Of a stretch of DNA of 64,000 bases, positions 36,839 to 50,809 are shown one piece after another. The DNA comes from Girardia tigrina (Eukaryota): NCBI GenBank assembly GCA_001938485.1, contig MQRK01254795.1, forward strand, positions 23,526-87,525, written 5' to 3'. The notes below the pieces were generated by a model. That model made no database searches. It was given only the letters and a program-made list of their open reading frames with translations, and was not told the DNA's origin. The stretch's first letter is position 1. Each line of letters opens with the position of its first letter. The translations under genes and the position numbers were made by a program.

Positions 36839-38691
36839 ATGATCGGCTTAAGGAAGGGTAACACAGAAGCATGGGATGCCGTCAGAATTAGATTAGTGAG
36901 CAATGAATATAACAGACCAAGCGAAGTAATTAACATTTCATTTGAGAAAGTTAAGCAAACAGTAGATTTCGGAGTCAGTGTTGAGAATAAATTAATTGAA
37001 GTAGGAACAGAAACCTTTGGAGAAATAGAAACAATATGTGTGGATGCGTTAACATTTCACGAAGTGAAAGCCAATGTATTTGAAATACTGACAGAATTTT
37101 CATGTAACATGACGGATAGTGAAAGCAGTTTCGAACGAAGATTCATAGAAGAAAGTTGAGTCATTCTGGAATTGGAAAATTGATGGAATTGAGCTCAGAA
37201 TATAAAAATGAAATAAGAGACTTCCCAAGTAAATATACATATAAAAAAAGTGAAAGTTTTGTGAATGAAGAATCAAGAACCAGAGAGATCAGTATCAAAG
37301 CAACAGTTATTGGATATGTTGTAGATGAATACTGTGTGTAAAACCTTTATTCGTCGTTAATTTCAAATAAAGGCTTTACAAGCGACACAAAATAAAATAA
37401 TGTAGATAACAAATGAAACTATATTAATTAATTAACAAACAAATACAAAAGAAATAAACACAGACCATAAAAAATAATTTCCAGTGAAAAGGATTGAGTT
37501 GGGAATTGACATTGGACGCTAATAGGGAAACAATTGTTTTCTGAAGCAGCTTATCTCTGAATTATCTCTGAAAATCCACTAATCCATTGCGTATTGATTT
37601 TTTTATTTTTGTTTATATTTTTATATTATATTATTTATATTATAATAAATAAAATTTCAAATCATGCTTGACGAACAGATTAATAAAATAGAAGCATCTT
37701 CGTCTATCTCATTTTTAAAGCAGAATTTCAGCAAACAATTTATAAATATTTACAATCTTCTTTTTTCATCAAGATAATTCTTTGAAACACTATTACTCTT
37801 TCAGCAGCATTCGAGCAGCATATTCCTATTCGAAATCAGCAAAGAGAAACGTAAGATTTTTCCTTGCTTTTCGACAATGAACTCTTTATTCGATACTTTC
37901 GTCAGAAACAATTTTCTTTCCTTTCTAATAATTCTTGAACAGGAAGAATATCAATAAAAGGTACATTTTCAGAAATAGAATCCCGTTCGTTTTTGCAAAA
38001 TAAATAAATAAACAAACAAACAAACATTCGAAAGCACAATCAACCATGAAAGTACACACATCAAACGCGAAAGAAACATCAGAACACTTGAAAGTAAACA
38101 CCAAGGTCAAAAAGCACACAAATAAAGTAATCACGCAGTGTCAGTAGTAGGGCACTACACTGTGCATATGAATCTGATTATAGTACATTTGATTGCGATA
38201 TATTTGATGTAATAGATGAGGTAGTTCCTCTAACAGAAGTACGAGTAGAAAGTGAGATTTTGAAAGTCGAGGATGAATTTGTGTGTAGTAAAATGGCCGA
38301 TATAAGTAAGTCTGCTGAAGGGAAACTAGTGGACATTAGTAGAGAAACGAAAGTTGAACATATTGAGTTCAGTAGTGAATGGGATAAATTAATTAACCTC
38401 AAAAAAGAAAGTTTCGAAACAGAAACACCAGAAATGTCCAGTACGGAAATCTAATCAAATGGCCTAGTTCAATATCGTACAGTGAAAATAGAATTCGAAG
38501 AAACGAAAGTAAAGAAAACCGAATCAGGATTCGAAACGAAATCGATAATGACAGAAAAAATTAATGATTTTGAAATTAAAACTGAAAGTACTGGTATTCA
38601 AACCGAACAAATCGAACTAATTCATACCAGTTTGGAAACCGACGTAAAGAATGTGGACATAGCGATTTCAAATCTACAACCAACGATATGA
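36839..38691 (+). pseudogene. Decayed acidic Glu/Thr/Ser-rich ORF with repeated xxT-E/D motifs, split by a solo-LTR-like insertion
   Basis: Removing 37337-38159 and one TSD copy joins ...VDEYC|AYESDY...KVEDEF in frame. One frameshift (~37155) and one stop (38452) remain. Confidence 0.5.
37337..38159. mobile_element. Solo-LTR-like insertion, TGTA...TACA with 5-bp TSD
   Basis: CTGTG|TGTAAAACC ... GGCACTACA|CTGTG. Confidence 0.75.
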
Positions 38692-39199
38692 GTAATGAAC
38701 TGAGAAAGAGAATATACCGGCGAGAGGAGTCTCAAGTTGAGAATAGTGAGAAGGACAATGTGGGGTCACGTCGTGAAGAAGCAAGTCAGTTGAAGTTGTA
38801 AATAAGAGATGGAAGTAGTAGGAATGTCAATTAATATTTTTGATTAGATTTAAACCTTAGTGCAGTTCTATTTTATAAAATTGTGTGTACTCCACAGCTT
38901 TTAACAACGGTTGATTGAGATTTATCGTATTAGCGAAATAATAGTCAAGACTACATAATTTTACAAATATAAGTACGAATTCCCTGTAAATAGTGATTGA
39001 TCTACACTAAACAATTATGTAATTTAGATGTTATTAGGCTAGGCTACAATTAATTCAGGTTATTATTCCAGCATAAATTTTCCGTTAAACTCTTAATTCA
39101 TGATTTAATTTAACTATTCGTAGAATTCAATTAATGATTAATGATGTGGACAAGGCCACCGATCGATCGCATGCTAAAATGCGACAACGCAATATTTGC

Positions 39200-39522
39200 T
39201 CATCGATCAATAAATCTTACTATATTTCGGTGGCGTTCATACTTTCGAAGGGTCGCCACCATACCCTCGTGCGCCGTGATCCAGTCGATGAAGGATCGGG
39301 GATCGGTCACTCGTGACACATTGGAAGCGGCGCAATTGATCGAGGAAGAGACGACCGATGTCGACGATTTACAGTCGATAAACGTGACAATCGCTCCGAG
39401 GGAGTTGTTGTTCTGATGGATTCGGATTGTTTGGATTTTGCCATGACTTTGAAACGTTTGTCTAATGTCGGTTTCTTCGCAATTTTTCGGTAAATTATTA
39501 ATCGTCTCGTTTCTGTCTTCAT
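39200..39522 (-). pseudogene. SPEN/SHARP-like first RRM fragment, frameshifted
   Basis: MKTETRRL/(frameshift)/NLPKNCEETDIRQTFQSHGKIQTIRI...GAIVTFIDCKS versus SPEN MVRETRHLWVGNLP...AAFVDFVDIKS. Confidence 0.6.
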
Positions 39523-41790
39523 TCAAATCGTCCGATCTTCTTAATTCCAATTCAGTCTCTTCCAAATCCATCGATAATCTCGAAATTAGTCGGAACAGAA
39601 ACACTTCCACAATCGTAAATCAGAGAACAATTTATTCTCTCGTTGTTGTTGACTTGGATTNNNNNNNNNNNNNNNNNNNNNNNNNNNNNNNNNNNNNNNN
39701 NNNNNNNNNNTTATTCTCTCGTTGTTGTTGACTTGGATTTGCAAATCGATTTAAATCTCTCAGAGAGAATCCGATTTGTGTTGTAACGAAATAACAACAA
39801 ACGTGAATAAATTAGAGAATCGTAAAAAAATAAATCAAAATTCGTTTTTCAAAAAGATTTATTATTTAGCAATGCAAGAATGATAAGTTTTAAATTGGTG
39901 GTTTTATGAAATCAGTTGTTTGGTGCGGTAAAACAAATTCTGCTAATTATAATCATCATCGAAATTATTTCGTTAGATTCTTAAAAAAAAGACCGAATGT
40001 TTTTTAAAATGCGCATCTGAATTTTTCAGTTTTAAAAATTTCAGGGGTCGCAAATCCAATTAAGAAATTTTTTCAAAATTAAAAATTAAAAAATTAAATT
40101 AAATATCACATTAAAAAAACTCTTAATTGGTTGCTACTGCTGATGCGATTTAATGAACACTACAATTAATTTATAATGTATTGATTGGCAATCTCGCAAT
40201 TGAACCCTAAGATTTAATTCATTAATTGAACCATTACGTAATTTGTGCCAAATTCTGATTTTATTGTGTTTCAGTAATTATTTAGTAATTTGTATTTACG
40301 TTAATTTTAATCTGATTCGGAATTTTATTACGTTATTTAAGTTTTAATTTTGTTTCATTTTAATTTTAATGCGTATATAACTCTGAATTTTATCCTTTCT
40401 ATTTTTATTTTTTTGTTTCCTTTAAATTAGAGTCTGGCACTTTACAATTTATGATCATATGAATTAGTAACTTTTAGTTTTGTATTTTAGTAGTTTACCA
40501 TAAGTTTACGTTTCGACGATTTATAATCTTGTCAATTATTTAACTAGAGATGAAATTAATTTAACGAGAAACGACGATACGGTTTAAGTAACTACACCGT
40601 GAGGGTACTTGTAAATTATAATAAAATTCCGAAGCTACAAAGGAGTTGAAGAAGTTCTTACAGATGTCGCGGATCGTCCATGGCCGCAGTTGCGCTGGAG
40701 GGCCGTCGTCTGTTTCTTTGGAGCTCTCTTCACTCGAGACATAGTAAATAAGATGTAGAAATCCCGCTTAAATATGATATAAACTTGTTAATATGGTCAT
40801 ATCCCTCAGATACTGCAGCTATCAGCCGGGCCATCCTCGATGCTAGTCAAGAACCCGAAGGCGCTCCGAAGCGTGTACAACTCGTTGATGTGCGTTAAGG
40901 AGACGCGTTCACTCGGCTTAGTGAAGCATGATAAAATCAGATTGGGTGTCTACGGGTTGTCGTTCCCCATCATGAACGACTGGGGGCTCAGAGTCGTCAA
41001 AAATGTTGTGAGTAGAAGGGAGCGCGACACATGTGTATCCTGTTTTGCCAGAAAAAGTCCTGAAGTACATCTTGCCTTTTCCAACTTCATATTTTTGTGA
41101 AGTTCCTTATTCAGCATTTGTAGACATTAAGTCGAAAAAAAGGGAACAGGCTTTTGGATGTGGAACCTTACACCGGATTAAAATTAACAACCAGGGAACC
41201 AAATTATGATGATCTGTCGTCTCAACATTTGGGAAACACTGCTTTAACTTTTTCAAATTTAAGAATAAATTCAATCCGGTTTTTCGATATCGTAAGACAG
41301 AAGTTGTGTAAACATCAACCAAACATTACTTTTTTGTTTATAAATCGTTGGATCTTTAGTACAAAACTTTGTACTACAGAAAATAAATGACGTTTTGAAA
41401 AATTAAACGAGGTTATATACATTAATATCAACCAATTATTATTTCATTATGATTAAAAGGTAAACTTCACAATTTCGAAGTATGATTTATGAGGGGCTGT
41501 ATTTTTCACAATTCATTGTATGGCTAAGAAGGATAATCGAAATAATAATAATTTATGCAGATTTTATTTTTTTAGGAACTTTCTCAGAATTCAAGATGTA
41601 AAAAATTTAAAAATACTCTTATAATAATCATTTTACGGTTAATTATGTTATCAAATAGTAGTGTGAATTTATAAAAATATCTTTAATTTAATTTAAAATT
41701 TATAAAAACATACTTTTATTGTCCTTCATAATATAGATTTTGTTAATATTGTTTTTGAACTCAAAATTCCTTTTTTTTCAAATTCATATA

Positions 41791-41963
41791 CATTTGGTCC
41801 TCTTTTTATGCGGTTTGTTTTTATGCTATTTGGAAGTTATGCTGGTATTTTTTCACAAAATTTGAAAAAATTTGGAACCCTTCTTTTATTTTAAGTCAGT
41901 TTAAGGTGTTTTTAAACGGTGTTTCTGCGGAACATATCTACCACACCAAAAGAGGACCAAGTG
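41791..41963. mobile_element. pogo/Tigger-type MITE
   Basis: TA|CATTTGGTCCTCTTTT ... AAAAGAGGACCAAGTG|TA. Confidence 0.8.
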
Positions 41964-42469
41964 TATTCAATAAAGGAAAATTTCTTAACTTAAATTATTT
42001 TGTAAATTAAATTATAAACTCAAACGACCGAACATTTTTCTAAGAACTTCTTTATGATTATTATTTAAAGAATAAATTTATTTATAAAAATTTGTGAAAA
42101 AATAAACAAAGTTTCAATCCTCAAAAATTTTCAATTTAAAAGTAATACAATAATAAAATGGTTATCCTCTGCAGCAGTTAAAAGTAAATTAGTCGTTATG
42201 TTTACCCAATAATTGTTAAAATCAACCGTTGCAACTGTTGAAATAGACGTTCCAATATGTTTATCAAATTCATATTAATTGAAGAATACGGAAACATATT
42301 TCTCGCCGAAAATTTAGTCTTTAAAACACTTTCATTGTAAAAAAAATAAAAAATTAAAAACCTGATATCATCTATAAATCAAAATACTCCAGAAGCTTGA
42401 AGTCAAGAAGAATTGAGAGAGCAACTAGAGCTCGAAAGATGACACAGTGTTTGACACAGCAACATCACA

Positions 42470-42815
42470 TGCAGCTGAATGATGAAAGAGTAATAGAACT
42501 CATAAAAGAAGGCACTGAAAATACAAAAGTAACTAAGATTCTTGCGCTGCCGGAACAACCGTATAACCAACTAAAAAGAAGCTTCATCAATATGAGGAAA
42601 AAATCCAGGAAAACTGTGGGCAAAACAAAAGGAAGACATCTATATGAGTCGCTGAAGATTGTCTACTGACTCTTAAATATTTAGTTGAACTTCTAAACGA
42701 AGAATTCCGAATAGTGATTTCCACTTCAAGTGTCGATAGATATCTCCGAAGTTTTCTTTACACTGTGAAAAGCGTTTTGTCAATACCTGTAGCACACAGT
42801 ACTGAAAACAACAAA
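42470..42815 (+). mobile_element. IS630/Tc1-like transposase N-terminal remnant
   Basis: LTLKYLVELLNEEFRIVISTSSVDRYLRSFLYTVK...IP winged-HTH-like motif. Confidence 0.55.
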
Positions 42816-44261
42816 TAATTAATAGTAATTGTTCCGTCTGACTCTCAAGTTGCCCTGAGAATAGGATGGAGGTAGCGACCTCTCATAGCGGTTGTTGATA
42901 TTGGCTGTCATGCTCGGTAGCACGAGTGCTGCGCCCATTGTATTGTGGTTAATTTTGGTTTGTTTCTATTTATTTTTACTCTATGGGATTCAATGAATTG
43001 ATTAAATGATGCTTTACTGAAATCAGATGATAAAAAATCTTCGAATTCTTTATCACAATTTTCTTTCAGAGTTTTTCGTGTACATATTTTTATATGTAAA
43101 TTTCGAATTTTCCCATTTTTTCGACAATCTCAATAAAACTTCGCCAACAACGTCTGACGGTTGAATGATATCGTCCCGCCAATGTTTCACTATCATAAAG
43201 AATACAAATACGTCACTTTGAACGGTCTCAATCTGTGTTTTTATCGATTCTCATCAAACGAATCACAAAAATCAAAAAAAATTATTTATTGTTTTTCAAA
43301 TATTGATCAGATAACACCAACTTAGCATAAATCAAATTTTTCGCTACAACACTCCCAATCGAATTATCCATTAAAACAAACTAACAATTTAGATAATTTT
43401 ACACAATTTTTTTTAAATATTTAATTCTTTTGCAAATTAAATTTTTTTTAACACATTTTTTTAACTTTAATTTTTTTTATTCGTTTAATTCTTTTTTTCA
43501 TATTGTTAATCATTCAACGATTTTTTCTCCCCATCATATCAATTATTCACATTCATATATACAAATACACTAAACGAAACAACAAAAAGAATAAAATATC
43601 ACAGATTGTCGTCCTAACGGGTTCATACGATAAATGTTTCCAATGAAAGAGAAAGAGGGATCAATTGACATATAATGATAATAACAACATAATAATAATA
43701 ACAATTGAATCTCGAACAGTAATTATATATATACTTCTAAATTTTGTACGATAAATTTTTATAGGTATACTTATGTTCCTCTGTATCGTTAGTTGAAGAA
43801 TTTAACTCTTGTTGAATCATTCTTGTTTTTAGAAGAGGTCGGCATCAAGATATACACAAGGCCTAAACGAGGTAAAGCGAAAATATGTGTGAGAGCAGGC
43901 CACGTATCAGCGGAAGGACTCGCAAGGGACGGTTATAAAACAATGATTTGAAAACAAAGTAATTATAATTACGATAAATTAATAATTATAATTATTTTAT
44001 GAGAAGGGAAACACAGTTGAAATGTTCGAAGAATATCCGGGCCGGACAGAATATTCCCTTTTTTTATTAAAATGTTATCGTATATTTTGTTTGCTCTTCT
44101 TTCTCTTGATAAAGTTTATTATAATATTACTGTTTCATTATTGAGGTGTTTCATTGTCATGTTTTTTTGGTTTTATTTTCCTTAATATTTGTTTGGAAAG
44201 AAGTTAATTTCCACTATTAACAAAATTTTTAATACATTAATATTTTAATGAATATAAGTAT

Positions 44262-44474
44262 TTAATCAATTATGTATTGACCCTTATTATCAATGACTTT
44301 ACCCCACTTCATGACCACCTCTTCGATCCTAGCCCTAAAGAACTCCGGGGGCTTTGAGGCAATAAATGACGTGATAGCCTATTCGACATCCTCTTCATCT
44401 GCGAACTCCTTTCCCACTAAGAAGTTTTGCAGATATCGAAACATGTGGTAATCCAATGGGGCCGTGTCTGGACT
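44262..44474 (-). mobile_element. mariner (DD34D) transposase C-terminal fragment
   Basis: SPDTAPLDYHMFRYLQNFL.GK.F...KPPEFF...KWGKVIDNKGQYI. Confidence 0.88.
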
Positions 44475-46546
44475 TTGTTGTTATTTCGAGATACAGAACA
44501 AAACAATTAGGTATTATCTTAAAATAAATTTTAATCGATCTAAATATTATTTTAAAGTTTGAGTTTTTAAAAATTTAATCAGGATTGGAAAATTAAGATA
44601 TATTGAAAATTGAAATTTGATTTTTTTTGCAATTACAATTATTATTTGTGCTAATACAAATTTTAATCATTAAGAATTATAATTTGAATTTTGAAAACAA
44701 TATAAACGCAACTGACAATGTCACAAGGAAAAATGACGATAAAATAAAATAAAAAATAAAACCCCATGTGCGATAAAAGGTAAATATATAATCTGTAATA
44801 ATAAATAGTTACAAGTAACTTTCTTAGCAACGTGGAAAACTGATAAGAAATAGATTTAAGTAAAAGTCTGTAGGTTCACCAAAGATCATTGTACAAACGA
44901 CCTCCAGACATAATTTTTAGAAAAGTGGTCCGAAACAGGATGACTGCATCACATTTATTCGAAAATGATATTTGTACCTTTTAATGTGTTATAAAACTGT
45001 TAAATATTACGTGTAATACAATTAAATATTTCTTTTTTTGAGAAAATTATTCATTTTTCAATGGTTCACAAACTTGAATGGGACGTGTCAACTCTTGAAT
45101 AGTAAACACTGATCTGATGTGGAGGGCACGGATCATTGAATGGCTACTGTTGATCGTTCTTCACAAAAGAATATTGTTAAGAGAATCGCTTATTTATAAA
45201 AAAAATCAATTATAAATTCTTGCATTTAATCTTTTTAAAATTGTCCTTAATTAAATCTTCAGTAAAATCAAATTTATAATTACAATAATTATTTAATATT
45301 AATAATTAACCTAATTCTGGTAGCTGAATAGGAAGAAATTTTATTCGAAATATAACTTCAAGTAATTTTTACATAAAAAATTTTGTTAGAAAAGTCAGCA
45401 TTTAGAGTGGGTATTACTTTGTCGGAAAACTATTTTTATTCTGATTCTAATGATAATAACATCTTAGGTCTACGGCTAATAGTTAAAAAGTTATTAAGGA
45501 AAAAAAAGAAGAAACAAAATAACAAAACCTAACTTGGAAATCAATAATTAAGGAAAACTTTCATTTTTTCCATCAAGTTTTGCAATGTCATTTACGTATA
45601 ACTTTTAAACAATTTTTGCACAGACAGGTTGGTAATTTGGACACCCTGACCGGATTAATCGGACGACCCCTTCGAGTTGTGAAACCAAAATCTCGATTCT
45701 GAATCAATTAAATTGTTTAAAATTGCAATCTATATTAATATAAGATATTGTTTCTTTGATTGTTTTGTAACAGAAAGAGAACCTATTAGCGTTTCGAACC
45801 GATATCAGTTGATTAAAATCTTGAAATGCATAATCTTATCATTATCCCTCGGATATAGATTTCACTTTTTGATAAATATATACATATTCAAAAAAGACTA
45901 ATTTAGTTGCCCCGTTTGTACGCTGTGAGGCATGGTACAAAAATAATGCCATTCCCATTGAAGTATTAGATCTCTTTTCAATACGTTATACGCATAGAGA
46001 TATCTCATCATACTATTCTTTCCTGCCAGTATGGGCATCTACAGATGATATAGATTCCATATGATTTATAAAAAGTTTTAAGCTTTGATCTACTCATGAA
46101 AGTTCCTTTATTGATCGGTTTTTCTCGTCATGTATTCTTCTAACTGTGTGACTTAAAAATGATTGCTTAACGACCAGTAACGATCATTCTAAAAAATCAA
46201 GAAAACACGAACGCAATCAACAACTGCAGTCGCAAGTATACGGACAGCCTACGTGTTGTTCGTGATAACATGACATAAACCACCGGATGACATAAACTCA
46301 ATAACTAAAATGCCGTCGATAAAAGACAAAGCTTTTTTATATTCTTTATATACTGTTTTTTCATTGCCAAATGGACACAAATCAACGCCATTACTTAAAA
46401 TGTATTCAAAATATCTTCTAATAATTATGATCATTACTATAAATAAAATTTGAAAATGATATTGATCTTTTTAATACATAAATCAAAGTTATTATAAATA
46501 TATTTTTAAATAATATTATTAATAAAAAAAATTTTTTATAAGAACA

Positions 46547-47233
46547 ACCACGTTTTTCAAGCATTACCAATGCACTAAAAAGAGGAAAATAATTTTTTTT
46601 CTAGACATGTGCGAAATTATACCTAACCAAAAACGTGGGGCGGATTTCTGAATTACTTATATTAGTAACTGCTATTTCCTCTACTGCTTTTTAGTAACAA
46701 TCGATCATTTCTATGCCCCACGTTTTTGGTTAGGTATAAAATTTCGCACATGTCTAGAAAAAAAATTATTTTCCTCTTNNNNNNNNNNNNNNNNNNNNNN
46801 NNNNNNNNNNNNNNNNNNNNNNNNNNNNNNNNNNNNNNNNNNNNNNNNNNNNNNNNNNNNNNNNNNNNNNNNNNNNNNNNNNNNNNNNNNNNNNNNNNNN
46901 NNNNNNNNNNNNNNNNNNNNNNNNNNNNNNNNNNNNNNNNNNNNNNNNNNNNNNNNNNNNNNNNNNNNNNNNNNNNNNNAGTTTTATTTTAATAAAAGCA
47001 AGTTTTATTTCAAAATAATTTTTTTGTACGTATTAATTAATATTATTGATTTTTTCATAAAGTTAAAATTTTCATAAAGTTAAATTATAGCATATGCGAT
47101 TTATGTAGAGCCGTAAATGTTTTAAAATATTGTATTGTCATCGGAAGCAAGCCTGTATAAAAAAAATCAGCTCAATTGGATGACTGAAAGTGGTCGAAAA
47201 ATCAATCGCAAGATTTGTTCCAGACAAGAAACG
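46547..47233. mobile_element. Helentron/DINE-1-like non-autonomous element with an internal foldback, spanning an N gap
   Basis: Subterminal inverted ACCACGTTTT / AAAACGTGGT. 3' block aaatcagctcaattgg...gaagctaagtaaaacgtggtaa. ~62-bp inverted repeat at 46580-46641 / 46715-46778. Confidence 0.45.
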
Positions 47234-48816
47234 AAGCTAAGTAAAACGTGGTAAAATAAATATTATTTCTATTTAAATTTACAAAACCTACCCACACAAA
47301 AACAACCACATATTACTTTTTTATCAAAAAATTTATTATAATCAAAAAATTGTGGTGCAACTAACCGAGTTCTACTGTACATGTATTCAAGTAACAGAAA
47401 AATATTTTCAAGTAGTAAAACTCCCAAAACATATGGGAATTGTTGGGTTCGAGATTAAAATCAAAATTCATTAACTCGAAAAACTTTATTTCTAACAAAC
47501 AATGATTTTTTAAACATAATTTATGAGGAAATACGTTTCATTTTTAGTACAACCCTATATCTAATTTGAAATATAAATATTGATATATAAATTTAATTTT
47601 AGTTCAATGAAGGTTTTATACTTTTAAGAATAATAAATTATAACTTTAAAATTTTTTTAAAGAAAATTAAATCCCAAAATATTTCTTATTTATTCATAAT
47701 TTCGTAACTTCTATTATAAATTAATTTTCTTAAACAATGTAATTCAGCAATATAATTTATTTTTCAGTTTCATATTTAAATAGATTCGTTAATTATATTT
47801 TTATGTTTATCCTTTCAAGAATTTTAAATTTCCTAACTCAACAATTAAATATTAAATTTTTGGAATAATGATTTCAATACTTTAATGTTTCAAATAAAAT
47901 TTCATTTTTTACAAAACTCATTTTACGAAAATTTAATTATTCTAGAAATTATTTTTTAAATAAATAAACTTCAATAATATTTCATTTTATTTTTTAAAAA
48001 CCGATTATTTGAATTTGAATAACTTATTTTTGTTTTGGGAATTAATTTTTGAACTTTATTTATTATAAACTTCTTATTATTTCGATATTACCTATTTTGT
48101 TTAATTTTAGATCTTCAAAATTTCATGAGTTCGCCCGAGATCCTAACAGGAATCATAAGTATCCGGATAAGCGATGATTAAGGAGAAAACCATACTTCAA
48201 AGAAGAGTTTATTTCAGGAAATATTTATTTAAAAAGGAAAAAAATTCAATCTAGTTGAATCAATTTGAATTTGTTTTACCTTACATTATAAGTCCTAATT
48301 TCTATTAAGAAGAAGCTCCTACAAATATGGACTGAGCAGAAGGATCTGTTTTTAAACCAGAAAATTCACTAAGAAAACAATTTAATAATAATAAAATAAA
48401 AACTATAATACAAAAATATTAAGATAATCTATTAGAATTGCATTATTGTTTAACCCTGACATTGAGTTTGAAGATTTTGACAGATTTGATAGGAAATATG
48501 ATGAAGATCAAGATAATAATCAAATTTTATAGCTGAGTTAAGTAAAAATAAACACCGTGTTTATTGTTTGCATTTATATTTATGTTTTGATTTATATTTA
48601 TATTCAGAATGTATGTTTATAAACTAAGTAGTATTTATTCTCAAATTATTATTTAATAGGAAAGTTATTAAAGGAAAAGTTATTATAGGAAAGTTAAAGG
48701 GTCATTGTGATAGTATATCAAATTTTATTTATTATATTATTAAATTTCTAGATTGAAAAAAAGCAAACAAATTATTGATTTCATTTTATAATTAGAATTA
48801 TTTCCATCTCTTATAT

Positions 48817-49649
48817 CAAGCTTGTCTAAAGTGAGGCCCAAAACACTTTTAATGCGGCCCAGTCACGAATTATGAAAAAAATCGAAAATACAAATTTTTA
48901 TTAAAAAATATCTGAAATAAATTTAAACAAAGTCAAACTGTCTGTTTGGTTTCTTAATTTATTACGTGCTATCACTAAAATTACGGCCATCCATATCTAG
49001 AGAGGAAATAGGCGCCACCAGGTTCCTTTCCTACTGACACACTCAAATATATATGCAAAACCCAAGCCATATGCTTGTGCATAATTGAGTGCACCTACGG
49101 CCCAAAGGCTACGGTACCAAAAAAAATCACTAAAATGACTTCCACAACGTTATCTGTTTCGCTTTTCTAAGTGTTTAGAAAATTGAATTAAATATAACTT
49201 TCAGAACTTTCAAATAAAATTAACTAGCGGGCACTTAAAGTATTATTTTATGTAAATGACATAGAACAATGAAACATAGAATAAAGATAAATAATAAAGA
49301 CAATAATATTAATGCACCAAGAATTACATCCTCGTCCATTGAACTTGGTAATGATTTACTTGTTCAACAAAACTAAAGTCATCCATCTCATTAATTTGAA
49401 TTTTTTAATTTGTTTAATTAATCCAAATAGATAACATGAAACTGTTTATAAAATATAAAACAAGTATGTAAAATATGTTTTTATCTTATTTAAATTAATA
49501 AACTTCTTAGCAAAAATGAGTTGATTTTCTTTTAAACTAATTTCAGTTTATTTTTATTGCAGTTTATATTTAAAAACATTTTGTGCGGCCCAGCGAAATT
49601 TTGTTTTTGGTAATGTGGCTCCGGAGCGGTCACAGTTTTGACACCGCTG
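48817..49649. mobile_element. Old hAT-type MITE
   Basis: Degenerate TIRs CAAGCTTGTCTAAAGTG / CACAGTTTTGACACCGCTG, subterminal CGGCCC motifs, and imperfect TSD tcttatat/ctttatat. Confidence 0.6.
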
Positions 49650-50072
49650 CTTTATATTGTCATAATACAGTAGCCGAAATTTTAAAATTATTTTATTAAT
49701 TTTAAAATAGTAATTTTTTTAAAAAGCCGTTGTGATTTAATCTATCTTCTACTCGCAATCATTAAATCGCCGCCCTTCAAAATAATTTCAATTTAAAGTA
49801 GTAATGAAATAAACTTATTTTGAAATTAATATGAATTACAAAAATATTACAATAATATAAACAACACAATCCATACATAATAAATCTCATTAAAATATCT
49901 CAATAATGACAACTAATCGTTTTACAATACGGATTGTGAGGATTGCTTGTGAATGATATATGTCGCTGAATATGTTGTCTCTCCCAAAAATAATTTCCAA
50001 CCGTTAACTAATTAAAATTTAATAACAAAAACAAATTTGATTATAATTAAAAAAAATCGAATTATCATATAT

Positions 50073-50800
50073 TACCGCGTATAATGCGATCCCACGTATA
50101 ATGCGACCCCTATAATTTTGACAAGGATATCCCGCAGAAACCTAGCGTCGACGTATAATGTGATCACTATATTTTTTGAGCCCTTTCAAACCTTTAAACC
50201 ATAAACAGTCTTAACATAAAAAAATAAATCATCCGAAAAACAAATCATTTGTTAATTAAATTCTTCATCGTCACTCTTTCCGAACATTTCGGCCATAAAT
50301 TCATCTGTTGCCAAATCATCACTTGTATATCCATCATCATCATCATCGTCCACGTCTTCCTGTTCTTCATTGCCACTATCATAAATGGTATCACCTTTAG
50401 TCCCATCCAAAGCATTGCTGATACCCCATTTCAAAAATGAATTCTTTATTATGTCCGACGGAATCGACTCCCATGCTTCTTTCACCCAAGTTGTAATACG
50501 GGCAATGTCCGGATTCTGTAAATTTCCGTGTTTGATTAAAGTTGGAGATCCAGACGACATCCAGTCCGTCCATTTGGCACGTAGCCGGTCTTTGAATGGT
50601 TTAATAATGCAAACATCCAATGGCTGCAGGACCAATGTCAGACTTCCTGGGATAACCGCAAGATCAATTTTCATTTCACGTGTAGTTTTCTTGCAACTGT
50701 CACTCAGATAGGCCCGAAACGTAGTAATCATTACTCATTAATAATAAATGATTTAGACAACTTACTCAGAATTTATTACTAACACATAATGCGACCCTAT
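50073..50800 (-). mobile_element. pogo/Tc2 (POGK-like) transposon 3' part
   Basis: LAVIPGSLTLVLQPLDVCIIKPFK...SFLKWGISNALDG followed by an acidic tail; terminal cgtataatgcga repeats. Confidence 0.85.
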
Positions 50801-50809
50801 GTTTTCATG

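Noticed and set aside
39632-39739. Identical 29-bp direct repeat on both sides of an N gap
   Set aside because: Typical unmerged contig overlap, so an assembly artefact rather than biology.
46249-46434. Kinase-hinge-like ILVIEFMSSGGL exon candidate
   Set aside because: A single short motif, with no other kinase subdomains visible nearby.
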